Shown here: positions 9,605-19,052 of the stretch, one piece after another
Numbering within the stretch: the stretch's first letter is position 1
Layout: each line of letters begins with the position of its first letter
Origin: Candidatus Woesearchaeota archaeon
GTDB taxonomy: Archaea; Nanobdellota; Nanobdellia; SCGC-AAA011-G17; GW2011-AR18
DNA length: 64,000 nucleotides
Direction: 5' to 3'
Assembly (NCBI GenBank): GCA_016179945.1
Contig: JACPCE010000001.1
Coordinates: forward strand, 9,202-73,201
Translations under genes and position numbers: made by a program
Notes under the pieces: generated by a model
What the model was told of the DNA's origin: nothing
Databases searched by the model: none
Seen by the model: the letters and a program-made list of their open reading frames with translations, nothing else

Positions 9605-10576
9605 ATGGAACAAATAAAATTAGATTTAAAAGATAAAAAGTTATTATTTGAATTAGATTTTGATGCAAGAGTAAGCTATAGTCAATTGGCTAAAAAATTG
9701 GATTTAAGTAAACAGGGAGTAGAATATAAACTGAATAATTTAATGAAAAGGGGGATAATAAAAGGATTTTATACTGTTGTTAATGTTCCCAAATTAGGTT
9801 ATTTATATTGTAGAATAATAATAACCCTGCAAAATGTAAATCCTGAAAAAGAAAACGAGATTTTAGATTATGTAATTAAAAATCCAAGATTTTTCTGGGT
9901 ATTTACAACACAAGGAGTTTACGATCTTCTAATTGTTATGTGGGCCAAAAATATAACAGAACTAAAAAATGCTGTTGATGACTTAGTATCTAGATTCGGA
10001 CAATATATAAAATACAAAAATGAGACGCTAACTACAGATGTTATCCATTACCAACATAGATATTTGCTAGGAATAAAACCAACAAAAGAGATTCATATTA
10101 AAGAAACACAAGATAAATTAAAAATTGATGAAACAGATAAAAATATTCTAAGATTGATAGTAGACAATGCAAGAATACCTTTAGTTGAAATTAGTAGAGC
10201 ATTAAAAATAAATCCAAAAGTAATAGCCAATAGGATAAATAAAATGAAAAAATTAAACTTAATTGAAGGTTATAGGCCAATAATTAATCATAATATTTTA
10301 GGTTATTCATACTATAAATTATGGATTAATCTTAATAATATAACAAAAGACAAACTAGTGCAATTAAAAAATCATATAAAAAACAACCCAATAGTATTAT
10401 ATATAGTAGAAGGAATTAGTATGCCTGGAGATTTAGATATAGAAATAATGGTTAAGACAAGCCAAGAGTTATTTGATTTTGTTAAAGATTTAAGATCAAA
10501 ATTTCCAACAATGATAGGAGACTACAAAACTTTTATGTTTTATGAAACAAGGAAAGTAAGGTATTTGCCATTTTGA
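9605..10576 (+). CDS. Tandem (double) Lrp/AsnC family transcriptional regulator
   Basis: Two HTH-RAM units (LDLKDKKLLFELDFDAR; IDETDKNILRLIVDNAR). Confidence 0.88.
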   Translation: MEQIKLDLKDKKLLFELDFDARVSYSQLAKKLDLSKQGVEYKLNNLMKRGIIKGFYTVVNVPKLGYLYCRIIITLQNVNPEKENEILDYVIKNPRFFWVFTTQGVYDLLIVMWAKNITELKNAVDDLVSRFGQYIKYKNETLTTDVIHYQHRYLLGIKPTKEIHIKETQDKLKIDETDKNILRLIVDNARIPLVEISRALKINPKVIANRINKMKKLNLIEGYRPIINHNILGYSYYKLWINLNNITKDKLVQLKNHIKNNPIVLYIVEGISMPGDLDIEIMVKTSQELFDFVKDLRSKFPTMIGDYKTFMFYETRKVRYLPF

Positions 10577-10579
10577 AAA

Positions 10580-11566
10580 ATGAACAAACTGCCATTTGAA
10601 GAAATAGAAAGAGAAATTTTGATAAAAAAAGAATCTTCTACAAATGAAAGTTACGGAAAAAGACCAGAAGAAAGAACAATTCAAGAATTACTAAACTATG
10701 GAGTAATTTGTTTAAATAAAATAGACGGTCCCAGCTCTCATCAAGTAGCAGATTATGTAAAAAAGATATTAAAGTTAGAAAAAGTAGGCCATGGTGGTAC
10801 ATTAGACCCGGGTGTTACCGGAGTCTTACCAATATCATTAGGCAAAGCTACAAAAATTATGGAAGCTTTATTAAAAGCAGGCAAAGAATATGTCTGCTTA
10901 ATGCACATTCATTCTCCAGTTTCACAATCAAAAATTCATAAAGCTTCAAAAGATTTCATAGGAAAGATAATTCAATTACCTCCTGTAAAATCTGCTGTAA
11001 AAAGAGAATTAAGAGAAAGAGAAATTTATTATCTAGAAATTCTAGAAATTAAAAATCAAGATGTATTGTTTAAAGTGGGGTGTCAGGCAGGAACTTACAT
11101 AAGAACGCTTTGCGTTGGGCTAGGAAAATCATTAGGAACAAATGCCCATATGCAGCAATTAGTTAGAACAAAAGCAGGGCCATTTAATGATAAAGAATGG
11201 TACTCTCTGCAAGATATTAAAGATGCATTCTCTTTATATGAAGAAGGAAGTGAAAAACAATTAATGAAAATAATAAAACCAGTTGAATTTGCAGTTCAGC
11301 ATTTGCCAAAAATATGGATAACAGATTCAGCAGTAGATACGCTATGCCATGGAGCTAATTTAAGTATTCCTGGAATTTCAAAATTACATTCAAAAATAGA
11401 AAAAAATAATATGGTGGCTATGATGACATTAAAAGATGAACTGATTGGTACGGGAATAGCTCAACTTACATCAGAAGAAATTATGAAAAATGAAAGGGGT
11501 CTGGCAGTGAAAATTAATAAAGTATTTATGGAACCAGAGATTTATCCTCATTTTAAAAAAATGTAA
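10580..11566 (+). CDS. cbf5: H/ACA RNA-guided pseudouridine synthase Cbf5
   Basis: GPSSHQV, GHGGTLDPGVTGVLP, QLPPVKSAVKR, AGTYIR, C-terminal PUA domain. Confidence 0.96.
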   Translation: MNKLPFEEIEREILIKKESSTNESYGKRPEERTIQELLNYGVICLNKIDGPSSHQVADYVKKILKLEKVGHGGTLDPGVTGVLPISLGKATKIMEALLKAGKEYVCLMHIHSPVSQSKIHKASKDFIGKIIQLPPVKSAVKRELREREIYYLEILEIKNQDVLFKVGCQAGTYIRTLCVGLGKSLGTNAHMQQLVRTKAGPFNDKEWYSLQDIKDAFSLYEEGSEKQLMKIIKPVEFAVQHLPKIWITDSAVDTLCHGANLSIPGISKLHSKIEKNNMVAMMTLKDELIGTGIAQLTSEEIMKNERGLAVKINKVFMEPEIYPHFKKM

Positions 11567-11645
11567 AATAAGTATAATTTATAGGATTTTATATATTTTC
11601 AAATCATTTGTAAAAACTTATATAGTAATAAATATCTAAAAATTC

Positions 11646-12320
11646 ATGAGTATTTTAAATTTCATTGGTATTAATTTATTTAGAAGAAAAGAAAAAATAT
11701 TAACAACAGATATGATTATTGAAATATATATTAGAATGCTAAAAGTAATTGAATTAATAAAAGTACTTCCAGAAAATAGAAATAATAGATCAATTATATT
11801 TAATAAATTTGTACTTGAAGACAGAAAACTTAAGTTAAAAATTGATAAAGTTGTTATAAACCTAAATCTAATAAATAATTTTTTTATAAAGCCCTTCTCT
11901 AAAATATATGAAGAATTAAGTCATGAAAATTTGTTGTATACAAATTACACTGGAAAAACAATAACACTAGCTCATGAAAGAAATGAAAGTGAAATAGATG
12001 CAAAAATAAAAGATTTTCTAATTCAATCTTATAATGACCATATAGTTCTAATATTTGAAGTATTTCTAAAACTGGAGGAGGATATAAAAGAAATAATAGG
12101 TTATATCTTAAAAGTGGGTATAATGGGAAAAAAATATACAGAAACTTTATTAACAATTAAAGAAGCTAATCCAATAATTGTAGACTTTACTAATTTACTT
12201 GTTGATTTAATAGAAAAAGAACACTTATTTGCAGAGCAAGAAAGAACAATAGAATTATTCAAGGCAAGAACTGGTAGAAGAAAGGTTAAAACACCAGCAG
12301 GTTACAGAAAAGCTGCATAA
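11646..12320 (+). CDS. Hypothetical protein
   Basis: 224 aa ORF with upstream TATA box; no motif recognised. Confidence 0.55.
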   Translation: MSILNFIGINLFRRKEKILTTDMIIEIYIRMLKVIELIKVLPENRNNRSIIFNKFVLEDRKLKLKIDKVVINLNLINNFFIKPFSKIYEELSHENLLYTNYTGKTITLAHERNESEIDAKIKDFLIQSYNDHIVLIFEVFLKLEEDIKEIIGYILKVGIMGKKYTETLLTIKEANPIIVDFTNLLVDLIEKEHLFAEQERTIELFKARTGRRKVKTPAGYRKAA

Positions 12321-12357
12321 TAACACAATTTATAATTATTTCTAAATTAATTTATAT

Positions 12358-13377
12358 ATGAAACAACTACAAATAATAGAAGAAAAACCAAAACTAAAAG
12401 ATTTAATAAAAATAACAAGAGAATCAGGAATTCCTTTACTAGGTTTAATACATATAGGTATAATAGATAGGGGGTCTTCTTTACTTCAAGTTAGAGCATC
12501 AACTGCATGTAACATGAGATGCACATTTTGCAGTACTGCGGCAAATTCATATGAAATGCACCCATATAATTATGAAATAGAATTAGATTATTTAATGGAT
12601 TGGATTAAAGAAGTAATAAAACTAAAAAATAATGAAGTCAATCAAATTAATATAGATTCTGTAGGTGAACCAACCGCATATCAAAAAATTACAGAATTAA
12701 TAAAAGAATGCAAAAAAATTCCTGGAATAGAAATAATAACTATGCAGTCTAATGGAACTTTATTAACAAAAGAAAAAATAAAAGCAATGGAAGAAGCAGG
12801 ACTAAACAGAATTAACCTGTCTGTACATTCTTTAATTTCAGAACAAGCAAAAGAATTATTTGGAAATGAAAATTATAATTTAGAAAAAATAAAAGAAATT
12901 TGTAATATTATTAATGACTCAAAAATAGAATTAAATTTAACACCTGTATATCTTACAGGAGTAAATGACCATCAAATAGAAAAACTAATAGAATTTGCAA
13001 AAGAAATAAATTGTAAAATCAGCATACAAAAATACGAAGTCTACAAATACTCAAGAAAAGATAAGAGAGTGAAAGAGCAGAATTGGTTTAAATTTTACAG
13101 AAAATTAGAAGAATTAGAGAAAAAACACAACTATAAACTAAAATTAGGACCAATAGATTTCAAAATAAAAAAATCAAAGAGAGTGCCACTAATTTTGTCT
13201 CGTGGCGATGTAGCCATAGTAGAAATTATCATGCCTGGCTGGATGAAAAATGAAATGATATCTAAATCAAACAACAGAGCAATAACAATAGTCGATTGCA
13301 ATAACAAAATTGGAGATAAAGTAAGAGTAAAAATTCTAGAAACAAGAGATAGTATTTACATAGCAAAGAAAGTATGA
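12358..13377 (+). CDS. Radical SAM protein with C-terminal TRAM domain
   Basis: GIIDRG, CNMRCTFC (CxxxCxxC), IDSVGEP, MQSNG; TRAM-like IGDKVRVKI. Confidence 0.88.
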   Translation: MKQLQIIEEKPKLKDLIKITRESGIPLLGLIHIGIIDRGSSLLQVRASTACNMRCTFCSTAANSYEMHPYNYEIELDYLMDWIKEVIKLKNNEVNQINIDSVGEPTAYQKITELIKECKKIPGIEIITMQSNGTLLTKEKIKAMEEAGLNRINLSVHSLISEQAKELFGNENYNLEKIKEICNIINDSKIELNLTPVYLTGVNDHQIEKLIEFAKEINCKISIQKYEVYKYSRKDKRVKEQNWFKFYRKLEELEKKHNYKLKLGPIDFKIKKSKRVPLILSRGDVAIVEIIMPGWMKNEMISKSNNRAITIVDCNNKIGDKVRVKILETRDSIYIAKKV

Positions 13378-13459
13378 CTAATTGGTGATCCAAAAAACTT
13401 AAATATATTAATTTATGTTTATAAACAATAATACTCATCAATTCAAAGGAGGTGTAAAA

Positions 13460-13822
13460 ATGGCTAGAGATGGTTCAATAATGGAAAAAGTTGGTGCTTG
13501 GTCCTTTATCATAGGCGGCCTAATAGCAGTTATTCTAGGAGCTATTGCATCTACTGCAGGCACAACATGGGTAATAGGTCTTCTTCTTGTTTTAGGTCTA
13601 GTTGTTGGCCTATTAAACATTAGTGATAAAGAAATAGTGCCTTTCCTTGTTGCTTGTGTGGCATTTTTGGCAGCTGCGCCAGCTCTTGGATCAGCAGTAT
13701 CAAGCTTTGGAACAACATTTGCATGGCTAAGCAGAATATTAGTTCATTTAGCTGTATTCGTAGTTCCAGCTGCAATAATAGCTTCAGTAAAGGCAATCTT
13801 GGCTTTAGCAGGCACAAGATAA
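13460..13822 (+). CDS. Small multi-pass membrane protein
   Basis: Four hydrophobic helices, GLVVGLLNISDKE; SD GGAGGTG before ATG 13460. Confidence 0.7.
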   Translation: MARDGSIMEKVGAWSFIIGGLIAVILGAIASTAGTTWVIGLLLVLGLVVGLLNISDKEIVPFLVACVAFLAAAPALGSAVSSFGTTFAWLSRILVHLAVFVVPAAIIASVKAILALAGTR

Positions 13823-13853
13823 GTTTTTAAATTCCTTTTTTTTATTTTTATTT

Positions 13854-14126
13854 ATGAAAAGAGTGAAAATAGCAGTTTCTGGTGATGTACAAGGAGTTTT
13901 CTACAGGGCATTTGTAAAGGACAGAGCAATAGAGTTAGGATTAACAGGTTATGTTAGAAATACAGAAGACAAAAAAGTAGAAGCAATTGTTGAAGGACAC
14001 GAACTAAAAATCAACAAATTAATTGAACACTGCAAACAAGGCCCAATTGGCGCCAAGATAGAAAAAGTAACAACTACAACACTGCCTCATACAGGAGAAT
14101 TCAAGCAGTTTAAAATAAAATATTAA
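13854..14126 (+). CDS. acyP: Acylphosphatase
   Basis: VSGDVQGVFYR, GYVRN, VEAIVEG, GP motifs. Confidence 0.93.
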   Translation: MKRVKIAVSGDVQGVFYRAFVKDRAIELGLTGYVRNTEDKKVEAIVEGHELKINKLIEHCKQGPIGAKIEKVTTTTLPHTGEFKQFKIKY

Positions 14127-14164
14127 ACCAAAACTTTGTTAAAGAATTCTATTTTACAAAAAGC

Positions 14165-15283
14165 ATGAAAGCAATTGCAACATGTATAAAAGGATTAGAA
14201 GAAATAACTCAATTAGAAATAAAAGAAATACTAAAGAAAAAATCAGAAATTATTATCCCGTCAAGAATAGCTTTTAATGTAAAAGAGGATAAAGAATTAG
14301 CTAATTTTGTATACAACACAAGAAGTTCTATAAAGGTTTACAAATTAATTAATCATGACAATTTCTCAGATTTAGATGAAATATTAAATAAAGTAAAGAA
14401 AATAAAATTTCCAAAAATTAAAAGTCCTTTTGTAGTAAGATGTGAAAGAATTGGAGAGCACAACTTTAATTCAATAGATGTAGAAAAAGAAATTGGTAAT
14501 ATTATAAACAAAGATAATAAACTAAAAGTAGATCTAAAAAATCCAACAACTATATTAATTATAGATATAGTAAGTAATAAATTTTTTTTAGGAATAGACT
14601 ACACAGGAATAAAACTAACTAAAAGAAACTACAGAATAAAATTGCTTCCTAATTCAATAAATTCCGCTCTAGCTTATTCAATGTTAAGAATATCAGAAAT
14701 AAAAGAAAAAGACACAATTTTAGATCCTATATGTAGATCTGGAGAAATAATGATAGAAGCAGCATTATACTTGCAAAAAATAGCAAATGGATTAAAACTA
14801 TTAGATCAACTAGCATTTAATAAATTATTAAAATTTAATCCAAAAAATATAATAAAAACAAAGAAGTTAAAAATATATTCAATAGACTCATCACAAAACA
14901 GCTTAAAAAGTGCAGAAATAAATGCAAAAATAGCAAATATATACAAAAATATTATTTTTAGTCGTTATGAATTAGAGTGGTTAGATACAAAATTAGATAA
15001 AAATTCAATAGATAAAATAATAACCTTCCCTCAATATCCTACAAATAACCTCCCTACGCAAGAAGTTGAAAAAATTTACAAAGAATTATTTTATCAAGCA
15101 GAATTTATAATTAAAAAAAATGGAATAATAACCATATTAACACCAGTTCCAGAATTAATAGAAAAATATGCGAACTTAAGAAACTTCAAAAAAGAAAAAG
15201 AATATAAAATAAATTATATGCATCAAAATTTCTCAATATTAAAATTGAAAAATGAAATTTGTAATAAACAAAAAAATATTTGA
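14165..15283 (+). CDS. THUMP-domain RNA (m2G) methyltransferase, Trm14-like
   Basis: ATCIKGLE, THUMP (RIGEHNFNS..VDLKNP), ILDPICRSGEIMIEAA. Confidence 0.8.
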   Translation: MKAIATCIKGLEEITQLEIKEILKKKSEIIIPSRIAFNVKEDKELANFVYNTRSSIKVYKLINHDNFSDLDEILNKVKKIKFPKIKSPFVVRCERIGEHNFNSIDVEKEIGNIINKDNKLKVDLKNPTTILIIDIVSNKFFLGIDYTGIKLTKRNYRIKLLPNSINSALAYSMLRISEIKEKDTILDPICRSGEIMIEAALYLQKIANGLKLLDQLAFNKLLKFNPKNIIKTKKLKIYSIDSSQNSLKSAEINAKIANIYKNIIFSRYELEWLDTKLDKNSIDKIITFPQYPTNNLPTQEVEKIYKELFYQAEFIIKKNGIITILTPVPELIEKYANLRNFKKEKEYKINYMHQNFSILKLKNEICNKQKNI

Positions 15284-15956
15284 AAAATTCGAGGGTTTAA
15301 ACCTTGGAGTAATTATAGCTAAAAATATTAGCAACAAAGGAATAAATGAAGAAATATTAAACAAAATCAAAGAAAAAGAAGAATTCATAAGAAAAAACTA
15401 CAAAACTGAGACACTGTCAGAGCATCCAAAAATAAACTGTTGGAGAAAAGTTTACTCAATATTTGGGGGAGAACCAAAGAAAAATAAATCTTCAATAGAA
15501 TCATTATATAGAAGAATTTTAAGTGGAGAAAAAATAAGACATATAAATATTTTAGTAGATATTTATAACCTATTATCAATAAAATATATGCTTCCGATTG
15601 GAGGAGAAGATATTGATAAAATGCAAGGGGATATAGAACTAACTTTTGCAAATTCAAATGAAGCACCTACAATACTTTTAGGAGAAAAAGAGCCAAGACA
15701 ACCACATGAAGGAGAAGTTATTTACAAAGATAAAATTTCAGCAATATGCAGAAGATGGAACTGGCGTGAAGCCGAAAGAACAAAATTAACAGAAGAAACA
15801 AAAAATTGTATTTTAGTTATAGAAGGGTTACATCCAACTACAAAAGAAGGAATAGAAATTGTCACAAAAGAGTTGAAGGAATTAACAGAAATATTATGTG
15901 GTGAAAAAATAAGTTATTGTATTCTAGATAAAAACAAAACAGATATAGAATTTTAA
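15252..15956 (+). CDS. Stand-alone B3/B4 (PheRS-beta editing-like) domain protein
   Basis: HPKINCWR, SSIESLYRR, INILVDIYN..S, PIGGEDID, GEVIYKD, CRRWNWRE. Confidence 0.88.
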   Translation: MKFVINKKIFEKFEGLNLGVIIAKNISNKGINEEILNKIKEKEEFIRKNYKTETLSEHPKINCWRKVYSIFGGEPKKNKSSIESLYRRILSGEKIRHINILVDIYNLLSIKYMLPIGGEDIDKMQGDIELTFANSNEAPTILLGEKEPRQPHEGEVIYKDKISAICRRWNWREAERTKLTEETKNCILVIEGLHPTTKEGIEIVTKELKELTEILCGEKISYCILDKNKTDIEF

Positions 15957-15996
15957 TTTAGGAAAGTTTTTTAAATTATATATATGTAAAGAAGTT

Positions 15997-17865
15997 ATGT
16001 CAAAAGAAGAAGAAATATTTAATCAAAGATTAAAGAAAATAGAAGAAATAAAAAACATGGGAATAAATCCATATCCTTACAAATTTGACCAGAAAAATCA
16101 TGCTAATGAAATTCTTGAAAAATACAAAAACCTGGAAAAAGAAGAGAAAACTAAAGATAGCGCCTCATTAGCTGGAAGAATAATGAGTTTAAGGGAAATG
16201 GGAAAAGCTTCTTTTGGTCACATTCAGGATGTATCTGGAAAAATCCAATTTTATATTAGGGAAGATCAAGTTGGAGAAAAAACATACAGTTTATTCAAAA
16301 AATTAGACTTAGGCGATCTTATAGGAATAGAAATTCTTAATGCTTCAAAAAATCTGGGAAATTTTTTTTCTTCTGGTAAACTTCAAGTCGTAAAAACTTC
16401 TTAAAAGCGCCAAAAAGATCAAATTTACAAATTTCCTGCATAGACGCCCATCGAGTGTACTGAACCAGCAGCTGTTGTTGAGGTAAGAATGTCGAAGCGT
16501 ACAAGTTGGCAGAGTTGTTTTAGATCTGAATAGTCGAGCATATCTAAAGTTTATCACAGAGAATTTATTGAATTTATTACAAAAATTAATGCATGGAATA
16601 TGCAAATGTATTTAAGAATAGCTTATGAACTTGATCTAAAAAGATTAATAACTGGTGGTTTTGAAAAAATTTATGATCTAAGCTCTTGTTTCAGAAATGA
16701 AGATGCAGATAGAACCCATAATCCAGAATTCGCAATGATGGAAATACAATGGGCTTACGCAGATTATAACGATGCTATGAAATTAACAGAAGAATTGTGG
16801 GAATACGTAGCCAAAGAGGTTTTAAGAACAACAATTATTGAATATGCAGGAAATAAAATTAACTTAAAAGCACCATGGAATAGACTTACTATTAAAGATG
16901 CACTAAAAGAATTAGGTAATATTGATACTGACAAATTAAAAGATAAAGAATTAGTAGAATTAATAGAAAAAAACAAAATAGAATATGAAGGAAATCCAAC
17001 AAGAGGAGAAATGATTATGTTATTATTTGAAAAATTATGTGAACATAAATTAATTCAACCAACACATATAACAGACCATCCAAAAGAATCTTGTCCACTA
17101 GCAAAAGCACATAGAAAAGATCCAAAATTAATAGAAAGAATTGAACCATTTATTAATGGATTTGAAGTGGGTAATTGTTACACAGAACTTAATGATCCAA
17201 TTATACAAAGAAAACTTCTTGAAGAACAAGCTAAAAAAGGCAGGGGTGGTGATGAAGAAGCACACCCAATGGACGAGGATTTTATACAATCAATGGAATT
17301 TGGATTACCTCCAAACACAGGAATTGGTGTTGGTGTAGACAGAATGGTTATGTTGCTAACAGGTGCTGAATCAATTAGAGATATAATATTGTTTCCAACA
17401 ATGAAACCAGAACAATTACTTGAAGACCAAACAGGAAAGGCAAAAGAAACAAAATTAGCAGTTGCAGTTCTTAACAAAGGGATTAAAATGAAAAAATGGG
17501 AAGAAATGAATACTATAGCGCATCTAAATGCAGCATTTGGTGCAAGAATAGGAAAGCAATTATTCTTGCAAGATAAAATAAAAACTAAAGATAATAAAGA
17601 AATTAATCTTAATATACAGCATGCAATCTTGATAAAAGAAGCAATATCAAACAAAGATATAATTAATTTAATTAAGCAGGCAGAAGAAAAAGAATTAGAA
17701 GTAGCTGAATTTACAAGAGAAATGATAATTACTACAGATGATAAAAAAGTAATTTCTCTTACACAAAATAAAAATTTAAATGATGTTGAATATCTTGGGG
17801 CTTTAATTTTCGGAGAAAAAGCAGATGTTGAAAAAATTACTAAAAATTTTAAATTGTATGAATAA
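15997..17865 (+). pseudogene. lysS: Class II lysine--tRNA ligase with C-terminal DUF2000-like domain; interrupted at about 16333-16572 by unrelated sequence (probable misassembly)
   Basis: N-part GINPYP, AGRIMSLREMGKASF; C-part YLRIAYEL, FRNEDADRTHNPEF, YTELNDP, GLPPNTGIGVGVDR; the motif-1 region is absent. Confidence 0.85.
16425..16541 (-). other. Fragment resembling a transketolase N-terminus embedded in lysS
   Basis: Minus-strand translation MLDYSDLKQLCQLVRFDILTSTTAAGSVHS resembles the transketolase R..IL..T..AGSGH start. Confidence 0.6.
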
Positions 17866-18001
17866 AAATTAATAAGTTCTAAGAAATAAAGAAACATTTA
17901 TAAACGGCTAAAATTGCTAAATTGATAAGAAAACGAGTCTAAAGCCTTAAAAAGCCTATTCTCGTTTTATGATAAACAATAAAAACTGGAGGTATGTAAA
18001 A

Positions 18002-18172
18002 ATGAGTGAGTTATTGGTTGTAAGAAGTAAAATAAAAGACGTAGCAAAAGGAATGAATGTTTCTGGTGATTTTGCAGATGCTTTAAGTGCAAAAGTAGAA
18101 ATGCTTATTAAAGAGGCTTGCAGAAGATCTAAAGAAAATAAAAGATCAACTATTCAACCTAGAGACCTATAA
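18002..18172 (+). CDS. Small histone-fold protein (alpha3-truncated, face-to-face/HBb-like)
   Basis: 56 aa MSELLVVRSKIK...MNVSGDFADAL...RSTIQPRDL; SD GGAGGT before ATG 18002. Confidence 0.8.
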   Translation: MSELLVVRSKIKDVAKGMNVSGDFADALSAKVEMLIKEACRRSKENKRSTIQPRDL

Positions 18173-18190
18173 GTCTCTGGTTTTCTTTTT
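18161..18190 (+). terminator. Hairpin plus T-tract after the histone gene
   Basis: AGAGAC-CTATAA-GTCTCT followed by GGTTTTCTTTTT. Confidence 0.45.
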
Positions 18191-18237
18191 ATATTTAATT
18201 AAGAAAGTTATTTATAGAACAGAATTATAATTTCTTT

Positions 18238-18663
18238 ATGGCATCCAAAGGCAAGGGTTCTAGGACAGAAAGAGAACTTGTGCATTTATTCAATCAAACA
18301 GGAACTTGGTCTGCAATAAGGGTAGCAGGATCTGGTTTAACAAAAGACCCAAACCCAGACGTACTGGCAGGAAACAAAAAAAGACACCTTGCAATAGAAT
18401 GCAAATCTATTAAAGGCATCTCAAAATATTTATATCCGGAAGAAATAGAACAAATAATCAACTTTGCAAATAAATTTGGAGCTGAGCCTTGGATAGCGAT
18501 AAGATTTAATCACAAGGGATGGTATTTCCTAAAAACAGAAGACTTAGAAAAAACAAAAAGTTCAAATTTAGTAATTAATTTAAAATTAGCAGAAGAAAAA
18601 GGTTTAAAATTTGAGGATATAGTAAAAGAAGGTGATGAAAATGCAAGAACTAATAAAATATAG
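18238..18663 (+). CDS. hjc: Archaeal Holliday junction resolvase
   Basis: KGSRTEREL, RVAGSG, PDVLAGN, AIECKS. Confidence 0.94.
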   Translation: MASKGKGSRTERELVHLFNQTGTWSAIRVAGSGLTKDPNPDVLAGNKKRHLAIECKSIKGISKYLYPEEIEQIINFANKFGAEPWIAIRFNHKGWYFLKTEDLEKTKSSNLVINLKLAEEKGLKFEDIVKEGDENARTNKI

Positions 18664-19018
18664 TGGATTAAAAGACTTAAATGAAGATGAACAAGTAAGA
18701 TTAAAAAATCTTGTAGAAAAAGAATTCCCGAAAATACAAAGACTTGCAAAGGAAATTTCAAGTTTTAACATAAACATAAAAGTAATGAAAAAAGAGACTA
18801 AAAAAAGATATATGATAAATATGAAATTACAATCTAATGGAAAAATATTTGTTACAAAAAATAAAGATACTGAAAGGGGTGGTGATTGGGATCTTAATAA
18901 AGAAGTGCATAAAGAATTAAAAGCCTTAATTGGAGAACTCAAACACCATTATAAAAATAATGTTGGAAGATGGAAATTAGGTGGAATTAAAGGTTTGTTA
19001 AAGAAATTTGAATCTTAG
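18641..19018 (+). CDS. Hypothetical protein, possible stand-alone HPF/RaiA-like domain
   Basis: beta-alpha-beta-beta-beta-alpha pattern ending DWDLNKEVHKELKAL. Confidence 0.5.
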   Translation: MQELIKYSGLKDLNEDEQVRLKNLVEKEFPKIQRLAKEISSFNINIKVMKKETKKRYMINMKLQSNGKIFVTKNKDTERGGDWDLNKEVHKELKALIGELKHHYKNNVGRWKLGGIKGLLKKFES

Positions 19019-19052
19019 TTAAATTTATGAATTATAGAAATAAACTAAAGAA

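Noticed and set aside
15957-15996. Lys-rich leader peptide before lysS
   Set aside because: Only 40 nt, with a TATA-like box directly before the ATG; no uORF.
16333-16572. Invertible segment or intron explanation for the lysS break
   Set aside because: The reverse complement does not encode the missing LysRS residues; no flanking inverted repeats or BHB seen, and coding sequence is missing rather than interrupted.
16345-16605. 86-aa minus-strand ORF within lysS
   Set aside because: Crosses the junction of the foreign segment; no coherent protein signature.
17922-17942. TTG-started 6-codon uORF before the histone gene followed by AGCCTT
   Set aside because: Too short, non-ATG start and no codon run; the resemblance to the aaRS leader motif may be chance.
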